64,000 bases of DNA from a virus, in the IMG/VR virus record IMGVR_UViG_3300040801_004114. The stretch is one strand, 5' to 3'. The translations under genes were made by a program, and so were the position numbers. Under the pieces are notes generated by a model, which was not told the origin of the DNA, did not search any database, and saw only the letters and a program-made list of their open reading frames with translations. Every line of letters begins with the position of its first letter. Position 1 is the first letter of the stretch. Below, in pieces: positions 35,089-44,897 of the stretch.

Positions 35089-35421
35089 ATGTCAATATCA
35101 GAACACATTAATTCACTTATACAAGAGATGAAAATTCCTTTTAGAAAATACAAATGGGGACATTTCATAATTAGAAATTTCATAGATTTAAGAAGAATGC
35201 CAGACCTTAGTTCTGCTTCACCAATAAAAAGCACTGTTATAGTATATAGGTATAGATATTGTCCTAAATACAAAAGATTAGAAAGAGCTTTTATGGGTAG
35301 TAAAAATTATGTACTTCGAAATTTAGAAGCAGAAAAAAGTTTAGATGATGAAATATCATGTAACATCAATAAGATTGACAAGTCATATAATAGATTGGAA
35401 AAAATAAATAAAGCTATATAG
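35089..35421 (+). CDS. Hypothetical protein (C-terminal RxxK tail)
   Basis: 110 aa, ends RLEKINKAI. Confidence 0.55.
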   Translation: MSISEHINSLIQEMKIPFRKYKWGHFIIRNFIDLRRMPDLSSASPIKSTVIVYRYRYCPKYKRLERAFMGSKNYVLRNLEAEKSLDDEISCNINKIDKSYNRLEKINKAI

Positions 35422-35590
35422 CTTCGAAATATCCTTTAAATTTTGTTTCCTTGATATATCCTTCTTCTGCTAGTTGAGATAAATACTTCAAAGTAGATTC
35501 CTCACTACTTTCCAAAATGTATTTAGAAATATAAGTATAATGAATTGGTTGTCTTAGCTTTAATAGTACTTTTCTTTTTAATTCATCCAT
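35414..35590 (-). CDS. Small putative winged-helix protein (58 aa)
   Basis: Manual translation MDELKRKVLLKLRQPIHYTYISKYIL...LSQLAEEGYIKETKFKGYFEAI. Confidence 0.55.
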   Translation of the reverse strand: MDELKRKVLLKLRQPIHYTYISKYILESSEESTLKYLSQLAEEGYIKETKFKGYFEAI

Positions 35591-35594
35591 AGTT

Positions 35595-36257
35595 TTAATT
35601 ATCTTTATTTTCGAATATTTTTACGTCTTTTATTTTAAACCTTATTTTATATCTTCTAGTTATTGATCCATATTGTAATTCTATCCAGTATTTTCCGACT
35701 TTGTTAGCAAACGAGTATATGAAATGTAGCGTATTACCTATTCTGTACCACACCATTTTCTTACCAATTCTAGAAAACTTAAGAGATAAAAAATCTCCTT
35801 TGTTATCTCTGAATTCTCCATCCTTGTTAACATACCTTAAACTAGCTAATGTTTCCCAGTTATGAGGAACACCACTTTCAATACTGCCTTTAAGTGATAC
35901 TTTTTCAACATCGCCAGAATTAGGTTTAAAAACTTCATAATGATTCCAAGCAGGATTTCTAATGACTGACCACATATAAGCTAATCTAAATTTATTCCAA
36001 GCATTAGTTGGGTATAATCCAACAGCTTCATGATACCATTCATAACCAATGTCGTTTGAATTGCCATCATTCAAATATAGCCATAGTGGGAAACTCACCA
36101 CACGTCCAAATTTATTACCATTATTTTTATATTCTCTTATCTTGTCTTTTAATAAGTAAGATATAGGATATACTATATATGCAGTTATTGCAAAAAACCC
36201 ACTAACTAACATGTTTAGAGAGAACCTAATATATGCCCAAATTTTTTCTAGTACCAT
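35595..36257 (-). CDS. Hypothetical membrane-associated phage protein
   Basis: N-terminal TM; W..IRNPAWN motif; late-type motif upstream. Confidence 0.7.
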   Translation of the reverse strand: MVLEKIWAYIRFSLNMLVSGFFAITAYIVYPISYLLKDKIREYKNNGNKFGRVVSFPLWLYLNDGNSNDIGYEWYHEAVGLYPTNAWNKFRLAYMWSVIRNPAWNHYEVFKPNSGDVEKVSLKGSIESGVPHNWETLASLRYVNKDGEFRDNKGDFLSLKFSRIGKKMVWYRIGNTLHFIYSFANKVGKYWIELQYGSITRRYKIRFKIKDVKIFENKDN

Positions 36258-36260
36258 TTC

Positions 36261-37145
36261 TTATATATTAAATCTATTTTTGGCATAATCAAATCCATCT
36301 TTCCACCACTGCTCCATATTATTTTTATCAAATATAAGTGAATTATTTGTAAGGGAAACTGGTGTATAGTATAAATTTAACTTAACACCATTATACATTG
36401 CTGCAAGCTTACCTTCTCTTATATCATTTATCTCAACTTGGTCTACCATGAATGTAAATAAATTTATCATCAAATCAAATGGGTTCTTGCCTAAAACTTT
36501 ATTTTTGCTACATGTTTCGGTTTCTAATATGACTACATCAATTTCTGTTGCGCCCCTTCTAATACATTCCCTGATCGGGACCATACTTCCAAATCCACCA
36601 TCCGCATATTTATACCCATCTTTAGATACTAGACTCATGAAAGGTATCATGTTACACGAGATCCATATCCAGTCTAAAAAATCTTGGTACTCAAAATCTT
36701 TTATTGATTTATACTCTATTTTATTTTTGGTTAAGTTAGATACGGTTACGATTATATCTTTACTTGATTTTTTAATATTTAAAAATTCATCAACTGTGAA
36801 TTTTTTCTCTATTGTCTTTCTAAGATTCTTACTCTCACCAAACGTCCTTCTTTTTTTAATAAATTGCGTTATTGTGTTTATGTAATTTATAGTAACATAT
36901 TTTTGATCTTTCTTGCTTCTTATGACAAATGGATCTAGACTAAATATGTCTTGCTGTGAAACATTTGTATAAATTTTCTTTAATTTTTTAGTTTTAGACA
37001 AACAAAGATGTGGTATTAATAAACTACCTGTTGAAGTTCCGAGTAATATGTCCCATTTTATTGATTTCTGATTAATTAAGTAATCAGTGATTCCACCTGC
37101 AAAAGCTCCCTTGCTACCACCACCAGAAATTACTAAACCTCTCAA
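36261..37145 (-). CDS. Patatin-like phospholipase (Flavobacteria-like)
   Basis: SGGGSKGAF, GTSTG (nucleophile), DGG. Confidence 0.92.
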   Translation of the reverse strand: MRGLVISGGGSKGAFAGGITDYLINQKSIKWDILLGTSTGSLLIPHLCLSKTKKLKKIYTNVSQQDIFSLDPFVIRSKKDQKYVTINYINTITQFIKKRRTFGESKNLRKTIEKKFTVDEFLNIKKSSKDIIVTVSNLTKNKIEYKSIKDFEYQDFLDWIWISCNMIPFMSLVSKDGYKYADGGFGSMVPIRECIRRGATEIDVVILETETCSKNKVLGKNPFDLMINLFTFMVDQVEINDIREGKLAAMYNGVKLNLYYTPVSLTNNSLIFDKNNMEQWWKDGFDYAKNRFNI

Positions 37146-37249
37146 ATTATTATTTTATTGTTTAAAGTATATATTTATTATTCTTTGTGCAATATACAAT
37201 TTTTTTGCATATTTTACCTAACAATATTACATTTTTTTATATATAACCC

Positions 37250-37924
37250 ATGGCAATAAAAAGAGGTCCTAATTTGACAACTAATAATATTATTTTAGCT
37301 CTTGATCCTAAAAATAATAAATCCTATATTGGAACAGGTAATTCTATAAATGATATATCTGGAAATGGTAATAATGGAACATTGATTGATAATCCTCAAT
37401 TTTCAAATGGTGTTTTTTCTTTTGATGGAACATCTTGGATATCTACACCCATTAGTAACTCTGTTAATAATTTATTTGCTGATAATACACAAAGTTGGTC
37501 AGTTAATATATGGTTTAAACCAAATGGTGTTGATGGTGTTATTTGTGGTAATGCTGATGGGATAGACACAGATTCTACATTTGCATTGTATATGGAATCA
37601 TCTAACCTAAAGTCCATGATAAGGGGAAGTGAGACAATAATAAGTAGTAATTTATTAACAACCGATTTCCATTGTATAACTGTGACTTGGGATCAAACAC
37701 AAGCATTTGGATATTATAATGACAACAATTCAGTTGAGTTAAACGTTGGTACAGCAACTATTCAAAATAACAACTATGGGATATGCGATAGTGCAGGAGG
37801 TAGTCTGAGCAATTTTAACAGGTTTTCAGGTGAAGTATCAGCTAATTATTTATATAGCATATCACTTAGTGAAACACAAGCCCATAACAATTATAGATCT
37901 TTATCATCTAGATTTGGTTTGTAG
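37250..37924 (+). CDS. LamG/concanavalin-A-like domain protein, probably virion-associated
   Basis: LALDP.N..SY...DISGNGNNGTL, WSVNIWFK, YSISLS...NNY; late-type motif upstream. Confidence 0.75.
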   Translation: MAIKRGPNLTTNNIILALDPKNNKSYIGTGNSINDISGNGNNGTLIDNPQFSNGVFSFDGTSWISTPISNSVNNLFADNTQSWSVNIWFKPNGVDGVICGNADGIDTDSTFALYMESSNLKSMIRGSETIISSNLLTTDFHCITVTWDQTQAFGYYNDNNSVELNVGTATIQNNNYGICDSAGGSLSNFNRFSGEVSANYLYSISLSETQAHNNYRSLSSRFGL

Positions 37925-37941
37925 GTAATAATATATAGTTT

Positions 37942-38295
37942 ATGGAAATACCAAAAATTATACGCTCTAATAAAATTTTAGACTCTCTTAGTTGGTTTAT
38001 GAGAATAGGTGGGATAACTTTATATCCATTTATCATACTTAGACCATACTCTAATGAAACTACTTTAAACCACGAGAAAATACACATAAAGCAACAGGAA
38101 GAAACATTAGTTGTCTTATTCTACATAATATATGTTCTTGAGTGGTTTTTTGGATTATTTATATATGGCTCATCTCAGGGTGCTTACCGAAATATTTCTT
38201 TTGAAATTGAAGCTTATGAAAACGAAAGTGATTTCAAATACTTGGAGAATAGAAAAAGATTTTCTTGGTTAAAATATATTTTTAACAAAAAGTAA
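37942..38295 (+). CDS. Small membrane HExxH protein
   Basis: GITLYPFI, NHEKIH..QQ, TM segment, AYRNISFEIEAY. Confidence 0.7.
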   Translation: MEIPKIIRSNKILDSLSWFMRIGGITLYPFIILRPYSNETTLNHEKIHIKQQEETLVVLFYIIYVLEWFFGLFIYGSSQGAYRNISFEIEAYENESDFKYLENRKRFSWLKYIFNKK

Positions 38296-38331
38296 AGATT
38301 ATTTTGCTTATATTTGTATAAACAAAAAATC

Positions 38332-38967
38332 ATGAATAAATACGTAAAGGTAAAGGGACACTCCAATTGGTTTTTACAAATTGATGAAACCGATAATATA
38401 GATCCTGACTTTGATGCCAACATGAAAGAGAAACTTATCAGAAAGCATGTGAGTACTATACACAATGAGGGAAAAACACAAGATTTTGTAACAAGGCTAA
38501 TACACCTTGGTATAAATGATATGAACTATCTAAAACTCGCTAAAAAATATGGTACTATATTAGTTAGACCATCTGGGACATTTATGCTACTAAGGGGGAG
38601 TGAGCTTATAGAGGAAAAGTATAGTGATTCTTTCCCAGTAACAGAATATGGTGATGTCGTAATATGTGAGAATGATAGTTCTTCTGAAAGTTTTTGGATG
38701 GATTTTCTAAGAAAAAAATTCCCAGATAAGAAAATAGTAACAATAAACTTTTTTGATTTAAGAACCGATTCTGAAATATCTGACTACTTTGAAAAGGCTG
38801 AAATCGTATCTTTTTCGACAACATTCTCAAACTTAGAATGGTTTAAAAAGCTAAGAAAAAACATAAAGGATAATAATAAGGTAATAGGTTATTCACACGA
38901 TGTAGCTAAATGGGATATCGTAGACACCACAGGGCTGAATATTGAAAAAATAAAAGATATAAAATGA
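38332..38967 (+). CDS. Hypothetical protein
   Basis: ORF 38314..38967; ATG at 38332 lies downstream of TATATTTG 38309-38316. Confidence 0.7.
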   Translation: MNKYVKVKGHSNWFLQIDETDNIDPDFDANMKEKLIRKHVSTIHNEGKTQDFVTRLIHLGINDMNYLKLAKKYGTILVRPSGTFMLLRGSELIEEKYSDSFPVTEYGDVVICENDSSSESFWMDFLRKKFPDKKIVTINFFDLRTDSEISDYFEKAEIVSFSTTFSNLEWFKKLRKNIKDNNKVIGYSHDVAKWDIVDTTGLNIEKIKDIK

Positions 38968-39344
38968 TATTAATAATTATAGCAATAACAATAATATTTA
39001 TAACCGAAGGGTTTCACGATTATTATGTTTGGAAATCAAGTACTAATGATAAATATGAATATACGAAAATATGGCACAAGGTAGACTTTGTATATAATGT
39101 CTTTGTGTGGGCATTAGTATCATATCTTATATTTGGTGTAAGTATTGATGCCATTTCACTCTTGATATTTATAGCAACGACAAGGATGCTTATGTTAAAC
39201 TCCACTATAAATTTGTTAAGGGGTATGAAAATATCCTATCTATCCGAAAGTAGTAATGTGATAGATAAACTACTACATAAATATGAAGATATTGTCTTTG
39301 TTGTCTTAATACTCATATATATTTCAGGATTTTTTTATTTTTAA
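38964..39344 (+). CDS. Multi-pass membrane protein
   Basis: 126 aa, about four hydrophobic segments. Confidence 0.65.
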   Translation: MILIIIAITIIFITEGFHDYYVWKSSTNDKYEYTKIWHKVDFVYNVFVWALVSYLIFGVSIDAISLLIFIATTRMLMLNSTINLLRGMKISYLSESSNVIDKLLHKYEDIVFVVLILIYISGFFYF

Positions 39345-39367
39345 TTAAATATATCAAATATTTTGAT

Positions 39368-39375
39368 TATATTTG
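39368..39375 (+). promoter_or_regulatory. Bacteroidota sigma -7 element (T9SS cargo)
   Basis: TATATTTG upstream of 39397. Confidence 0.6.
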
Positions 39376-39396
39376 CATGTAACTAAAAACAAAAAA

Positions 39397-42354
39397 ATGA
39401 AAACTAAAATTTTATTTATCTTATTATTAATGTCAAAAATGACATTGTTATCACAAGAAAACACTTGTGATATAATCATTTCTAGTATCGATGATTTATC
39501 AGAGCTAGGTAATGTAGACAACTCAACAATATGTTTTGATGGTGTTGTGTTTGATGCATATGAACTAACCAATAAACAATTTGGTGAAAATGTCACATTA
39601 AGAATAAATTCTAATTCTGTTGTTAGAACTAGAAATTTATCTTTTGGCAATAACTTAGCTATTATAAATGATGGTACTTTTGTATACGATGGTGGAACAT
39701 CTATAAATTTACCATCTGGATCTAAAGTTACCAATTTGGGAACTATGTCTATTATATTAAATTTAAATGGTGGTCAAATTATAAACAGTGGAGAATTTTC
39801 ACTAATCAAATATAGCAATTTAAACAGTGGTAGTATACTCAATGAAAGTGGTGTATTAACCTTAGATTCAAATGGGAATACAATTGGTAACAATATTAAT
39901 ATTATATCAGACGGTAATATAGTATTAAATAATGCCTATTCAAATAATGGCTACATTGAGGTTAATGGGAATTCTACATTTAATAGCAAATTCACTAATA
40001 ATAATGAATTTATAACATCGGGTGATGTTTTATTTAAAGGTGATTTTGTCTCTAATAGCAACTCTTCGATATCTACCTTCGAAAAATTCTTTGAGTCCCA
40101 AGGTGATGTAATTCTATATAATGGACAAATAATTGCAGGTAATGGTTTCTCATCTAAGGATTTACTAATGGAAAATCAATCATTAATACAATTTGGTGGT
40201 GACATAGAGGTTGATGAATTAACCTTAAGAGGTGTTTTAGAATCAATCGGTGGTTGTAATCAAATAATTTATGATAACATAACTAATGGCTTTGGTGGAA
40301 CATTGGAAGCTGAAAGTCCAAACTCTATATTGATAAACGACTTCCCTAGAAATTGGACAGTGATTGGAAATGTTGGTGAGACATGCTTATCTAATGAAAG
40401 TTGTGTTGTTTACTGGAATGGTGAGCAATCGTCTGATATAAATAATAAAAAAAATTGGACTAATAACAGTGGGAATTCTCATTTGAATAATGGTAATTGT
40501 ATCTTGGTTATTCCTGATTCAAACGATGTTGATAACAATCCTATTTTTTCGGGATTATCTAGATTCAAGTCACTTGTGGTTGGACAAGGTGGTGAAGCTA
40601 ATATCACAGGAGTTATAGATGTTAATGGTTTTGTTGATAATAAAGGAATCATTAACGGTGAACAGGGCGAAGTATTCACGGACTCATTTATAACAATATA
40701 TGGAGATGGAATTTTAAATATAGGTGATATAACTGGGTCTGGATTTGAATTGAATTCTGGTAACGTTAATTTGTATAATTCTTTAAGTGTGTCAACTGAA
40801 TCAAATGTAATAAATGGTACTTTTACTTTTAAATCTAATGAAACCAATACAGCTTTTATTTCAGATGATTCTAATTCGTTAATTGGTAAAGTAACTACTG
40901 AAAGGTATATACCAGATTCGAACAGGGCTTTCAGATATATAAACTCATCTGTTGACACGCACGAAAGCATCAGGGATAATTTACAAGAGGGTGTAAATAA
41001 CACAGTTAATAATTATGCTAATAACAAAAATCCTAACCCAGGTTTTGGAACTCATATAACAGGATCTAAAAGCGGATCTAATGGCTTTGATGCATCACTT
41101 ACTGGTAACCCATCTATGTTTCTTTGGGACAATATAAATAACGAATGGGGAGATGTAGACAACACAGATGTTGATAAATTAAGGGTAGACACAGCATTTT
41201 CTCTACTTATAAGAGGTGATCGAAGTACTAACATTTATGTAAGTAATGATACATATGAGGGTGTCACAACTTTGAGAATGACAGGGGATTTAAGAAATAA
41301 TGATTTAGATGTTTCAAACAAACTAAATGATGGTGTGAATTCATTTTCATTCATAGGCAATCCATTTCAGAGTAAAGTAGATGTGAGACCCTTGTTGAAT
41401 GAATCAAACGGTGTTAAGAAAACACATTATTATGCTTACTCACCACAACTTCAAGATTTAGGTGCATATATAACTGTTTCTATTGATGACTCGGGAAATG
41501 TTGAGACAACGCCCCAAATGCCAAATCAAGATGATTATAAGTTTATACAAATACATCAAGCTATATTTATAGAGAATACAAGTGATGATGAGCCTAGAAA
41601 CCTTACATTTAAAAATGAATATAGAAGTAATGGGAGTGGTATAAACAATGAGGTTTTTAGTTTAAATGAACCTGATGAACAGATTATTGTTAATTTACTC
41701 TCTAAGGAAACAGGTAAATTAATAGATGGTATTCGTGTTAAATTCAATGATAATTATTCCAACGATGTTAATGATAGTGATTTGACTAAGCTTTGGAATA
41801 GACAAGAAAGTATGTCCACATATAAAGACGAAAACTGGATAAGTGTTGATAAAAGAAATTTATTAGATGAATTAACTGAAGTAGAATTATATACTGGTTT
41901 ATATGATGGTATTCAATATGAGTTTTTAATAGACGTAGATATCAGAGAAGGCAATGATGTTATTCTATTGGATACATATACAGGGGATGAGCATTATTTA
42001 AATAGCGGTGAGAATAAAATAACTTTCGACTCTAATGGTGGGACGGATGCTTACAGGTTTAAATTTATTATTGAGGAATCTGAAACATTATCTGATGATT
42101 CTTTCGAATTGTCGGAAGATGTAGTAATGTATCCTAATCCAGTTACTAGCAATTACACATATATAAAAATGAATGATGTAAATAATGCCAGTGTTCATGT
42201 ATATGATATGAATGGGAACTTACTAAATGTGGGTGTTAATAAAACATCTAATAATGAGCTAAGATTGTCTACTAATACTTTGAGTTCTGGTATATATTTA
42301 GTAAAGATCATATCAAATGGTATCTCAACTACAAAGAAGTTAGTAGTTAGGTGA
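39397..42354 (+). CDS. T9SS type-A C-terminal sorting domain protein (large secreted surface protein)
   Basis: Signal peptide MKTKILFILLLMSKMTLLS-Q; Asn/Gly-rich beta-helix-like N-half; TERYIP, GTHITG..G.NGFDA, LLIRGDRS; CTD VVMYPNPV...VYDMNG...LSSGIYLVKI...TKKLVVR. Confidence 0.9.
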   Translation: MKTKILFILLLMSKMTLLSQENTCDIIISSIDDLSELGNVDNSTICFDGVVFDAYELTNKQFGENVTLRINSNSVVRTRNLSFGNNLAIINDGTFVYDGGTSINLPSGSKVTNLGTMSIILNLNGGQIINSGEFSLIKYSNLNSGSILNESGVLTLDSNGNTIGNNINIISDGNIVLNNAYSNNGYIEVNGNSTFNSKFTNNNEFITSGDVLFKGDFVSNSNSSISTFEKFFESQGDVILYNGQIIAGNGFSSKDLLMENQSLIQFGGDIEVDELTLRGVLESIGGCNQIIYDNITNGFGGTLEAESPNSILINDFPRNWTVIGNVGETCLSNESCVVYWNGEQSSDINNKKNWTNNSGNSHLNNGNCILVIPDSNDVDNNPIFSGLSRFKSLVVGQGGEANITGVIDVNGFVDNKGIINGEQGEVFTDSFITIYGDGILNIGDITGSGFELNSGNVNLYNSLSVSTESNVINGTFTFKSNETNTAFISDDSNSLIGKVTTERYIPDSNRAFRYINSSVDTHESIRDNLQEGVNNTVNNYANNKNPNPGFGTHITGSKSGSNGFDASLTGNPSMFLWDNINNEWGDVDNTDVDKLRVDTAFSLLIRGDRSTNIYVSNDTYEGVTTLRMTGDLRNNDLDVSNKLNDGVNSFSFIGNPFQSKVDVRPLLNESNGVKKTHYYAYSPQLQDLGAYITVSIDDSGNVETTPQMPNQDDYKFIQIHQAIFIENTSDDEPRNLTFKNEYRSNGSGINNEVFSLNEPDEQIIVNLLSKETGKLIDGIRVKFNDNYSNDVNDSDLTKLWNRQESMSTYKDENWISVDKRNLLDELTEVELYTGLYDGIQYEFLIDVDIREGNDVILLDTYTGDEHYLNSGENKITFDSNGGTDAYRFKFIIEESETLSDDSFELSEDVVMYPNPVTSNYTYIKMNDVNNASVHVYDMNGNLLNVGVNKTSNNELRLSTNTLSSGIYLVKIISNGISTTKKLVVR

Positions 42355-42377
42355 GTTTAGTTTTTAGTTTTTTTAGT

Positions 42378-42410
42378 AAGGGGGTAAGGTTCATTCTTTA
42401 TCCCCTTTTT
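42378..42410 (+). terminator. Intrinsic terminator of the T9SS cargo gene
   Basis: AAGGGGGTAA...TTATCCCCTT plus T run. Confidence 0.7.
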
Positions 42411-42624
42411 CTTTACACACTTTATTACGTAGCCTGACTAACCAATAAACTTGTATAATAGCTATTACAACGTTTAATATTATAATAGAGTGCGCATTAT
42501 CCATTACGCCATAAATAACCCATAAGAAAGCTCCTATTAGGCTAAACAATCTTAACTTTACGATATCCTTAAACATAAATGATATTATTATAACCACAGT
42601 CGCAAGCCATCCTACTATCTCCAT
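42391..42624 (-). CDS. Small YgjV/PQ-loop-like three-TM membrane protein
   Basis: GW.AT...ISF.....KLR...LIG..LW.IYG......II..N. Confidence 0.65.
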   Translation of the reverse strand: MEIVGWLATVVIIISFMFKDIVKLRLFSLIGAFLWVIYGVMDNAHSIIILNVVIAIIQVYWLVRLRNKVCKEKGDKE

Positions 42625-42665
42625 TAAAGCATTTTTTAGTTATATATAAAAAGACACTATTTGTT

Positions 42666-42676
42666 TTAATATATAC
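42666..42676 (+). promoter_or_regulatory. Putative phage late promoter TTAATATATA(C)
   Basis: 3 nt upstream of ATG 42680. Confidence 0.6.
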
Positions 42677-42679
42677 AGT

Positions 42680-43378
42680 ATGAAAAAATTTAATGACTTT
42701 CTAACAGAAGATGTTGACGAAAACAATGATAAAATAAAGGTTCTTATGCTTAATTGCACACTTAAGGCAAGTGGAGAATCTAATACAGAAGCACTCCTTA
42801 AAAGGGTTGAGGAAATATACAATGAGCATGATAAAGAAGTTGATGTTGAGATTGTTAGAGTAGCTGAATACAAAATGGACTTTGGTAACAGTGTCGATAA
42901 GTTATCTGATGAAGATCAATTTCCAGAAATATACGAAAAAATGCTAAACTCTGATATAATACTGATCGGTAGTGCTATTTGGTTTGGTGAGAGAACATCA
43001 ATAACACAGATAATTTTCGAAAGAATGATTGGTGCTTATGGGGATACAAATGATCTTGGTCAACCTAAATTGTATGGAAAAGTTGGGGGTGTTGTAGTCA
43101 CTGGAAATGAAGATGGTGTACATGGTGTCGCATCTTTAACATTATTTAATTTAGCACACTTAGGTTGTACTATACCACCAAATGCGGATTGTTATTGGGT
43201 AGGTGATGCAGGTCCTGGTAAATCTTATATTGAAGCTGGTGGTGAAAAACATTTATACACGAATAAAACAGCATATTTCTTAGTTAATAACACTTTACAC
43301 GCTGCTGAAATGATAAAAAATAATCCTTACCAAAGTAACCTAACCGAGTTAGAAGAAATGGCAAAAAAATATTCTTAA
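42680..43378 (+). CDS. Flavodoxin-family NAD(P)H-dependent FMN reductase with capsid-targeting-like leader
   Basis: LNCTLK....SNT, SDIILIGSAIWFG, YGKVGGVVVTGNEDG, IPPNADCYW; leader MKKFNDFLTE. Confidence 0.85.
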   Translation: MKKFNDFLTEDVDENNDKIKVLMLNCTLKASGESNTEALLKRVEEIYNEHDKEVDVEIVRVAEYKMDFGNSVDKLSDEDQFPEIYEKMLNSDIILIGSAIWFGERTSITQIIFERMIGAYGDTNDLGQPKLYGKVGGVVVTGNEDGVHGVASLTLFNLAHLGCTIPPNADCYWVGDAGPGKSYIEAGGEKHLYTNKTAYFLVNNTLHAAEMIKNNPYQSNLTELEEMAKKYS

Positions 43379-43379
43379 T

Positions 43380-43829
43380 TTACTTTTTAGTTATTATTGA
43401 AGTTGGTCCGAAATTGTTATATTCATAGTCTTTTGGGAGATACTTTATTAGAAATCTTCTATTAATTCTAAGTCTTTGATTCTCTTCTTTAGGACTAAAA
43501 TCTTCTTTTTCTTTTTCTTTCTTAGAAGCTATGTGTTCTATTATTATGGTTTCTGGTTCAAACATCTCTATGAAATCTACTGTTATGTCAGTTACTGTTT
43601 TTATAACATTGATAGCATCAGGATTTTCTAACATAGTAAAAGAATTCCTTTTATTTTTTATACCATACTCTCTTGTCCAACCATCTTTTGTTGGTGAGAA
43701 TTCAACATAAAAATTAACATTGTCTTTATTAGTAAATTCGTATTTTAATTTAGATGTATAAGGATCATCTATTGGTTTGAAATTGTAAGATTCTGTTATG
43801 AACTCTATGAATGGTATAATTGTTTTCAT
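43380..43829 (-). CDS. Hypothetical protein with capsid-targeting-like N-terminus
   Basis: MKTIIPFIEFITE; late-type motif at 43833. Confidence 0.7.
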   Translation of the reverse strand: MKTIIPFIEFITESYNFKPIDDPYTSKLKYEFTNKDNVNFYVEFSPTKDGWTREYGIKNKRNSFTMLENPDAINVIKTVTDITVDFIEMFEPETIIIEHIASKKEKEKEDFSPKEENQRLRINRRFLIKYLPKDYEYNNFGPTSIITKK

Positions 43830-43849
43830 AGAGTATATATAAAATATTG

Positions 43850-44236
43850 TCAGTCTTTTTTAATCCACTCTAAGTCGTAGTTTTTGTATTTACCCATGTT
43901 ACCCTCGTATAAATACGTGACCTTACCGCATCTACTACATTTTTTAACATTTCTTTGGACTTGGAAATTGTCTGTGTATAAGCCCTTAACTCTTTCAGAT
44001 CCATTATTGAAATAAGAATGAAACCCTAATTTACATAACATGTTAGATAAAATACTTTTCTTACGGATTGTTATATGATAAGATTTTTTATCTTCACCAA
44101 CATTAGACTCTAGTGAATACTTTTTATAAGGTATTTTAACTTCAAAATCTTTTAATTTTTTAGACTTAAAATACATTGTATCATCTTCAATGTTAAAGCT
44201 ATACGAAGATGATATTTTTAACCTTAACTCCCCCAT
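43850..44236 (-). CDS. Hypothetical protein with C/H zinc-binding motif
   Basis: LCKLGFH...CSRCGK. Confidence 0.6.
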   Translation of the reverse strand: MGELRLKISSSYSFNIEDDTMYFKSKKLKDFEVKIPYKKYSLESNVGEDKKSYHITIRKKSILSNMLCKLGFHSYFNNGSERVKGLYTDNFQVQRNVKKCSRCGKVTYLYEGNMGKYKNYDLEWIKKD

Positions 44237-44419
44237 TTATTTGTGAGTTATTTCGTTAAGTCTTTTTCTAAAAATAATTGCTAGTATAGAAACTGTGATT
44301 AAGATATAAAGAATTGGCATATCTATTGGAACTGTTGGTACATCATTTGCGTTTCCACCTGCACCAGGTCTTGGTGGGTGGTTCTGGATAAATAACAAAG
44401 CATTAAATAGATTTATCAT
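44237..44419 (-). CDS. PID-CTERM-like small protein
   Basis: Pro/Gly linker HPPRPGAGGNANDVPT, then VPID, a TM helix and FRKR. Confidence 0.65.
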   Translation of the reverse strand: MINLFNALLFIQNHPPRPGAGGNANDVPTVPIDMPILYILITVSILAIIFRKRLNEITHK

Positions 44420-44421
44420 AA

Positions 44422-44700
44422 TTATTTTATTTTAATTAAATTTTTAACAAGGTTAAAAACCTCATCATCTAAGAAAGATTCCCATTCACAACTCTCATCG
44501 TTGAACATTTTGATATTCAGCAACTCTAAACCCTTCTCACTACTTGACTTTATAGTAGCGTTCATTGTATATGGTATGATCTCTATAATATTATCAGAAG
44601 AGTCAACTGATAAGTAAATAGTATTAGAACTATTTAATATTTTTTTAATTTTTTCAGTAGTCATTTTAGTTTTTTCAGTTTTGGGTTTAGTTTTTAACAA
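44422..44700 (-). CDS. Hypothetical protein (start uncertain)
   Basis: 92 aa ORF; true start may be the internal MTTEKIKK. Confidence 0.55.
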   Translation of the reverse strand: MLKTKPKTEKTKMTTEKIKKILNSSNTIYLSVDSSDNIIEIIPYTMNATIKSSSEKGLELLNIKMFNDESCEWESFLDDEVFNLVKNLIKIK

Positions 44701-44897
44701 CTACCAAACTTGGTAGATACAAAGCACTCTAAATCATTATCACTTTCGAATCCAAGCTCTTGTAGCTCATCCATATCTTTTAGTGAAACTCTACTCGGTT
44801 CTACGTATACGTACATAACATCGTGTTCGCAACTAGTAGGATAATCTGAATTAGTGTATCTTCCGAAAATTTGAAAAGCTCTTATTAAATCTTTCAT
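44694..44897 (-). CDS. Hypothetical phage protein
   Basis: 67 aa; CEHD...ELQELGF...FGSC; TATATTTG at 44913-44920. Confidence 0.7.
   Translation of the reverse strand: MKDLIRAFQIFGRYTNSDYPTSCEHDVMYVYVEPSRVSLKDMDELQELGFESDNDLECFVSTKFGSC

Noticed and set aside
28512-37145. CBASS-like system (nucleotidyltransferase as cyclase, patatin as CapV effector)
   Set aside because: The genes are about 7 kb apart on opposite strands. The NTase is short, with only generic GS/DxD motifs, and the patatin looks like the ordinary Flavobacteria type.
29205-44419. Host chromosomal fragment or prophage boundary (cluster of clpP, glyA, patatin, T9SS cargo, flavodoxin)
   Set aside because: These genes are interleaved with phage-type hypotheticals and carry the same promoter motifs and composition. 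No integrase, att-like repeat or housekeeping synteny was seen. Read-level confirmation is still advisable.
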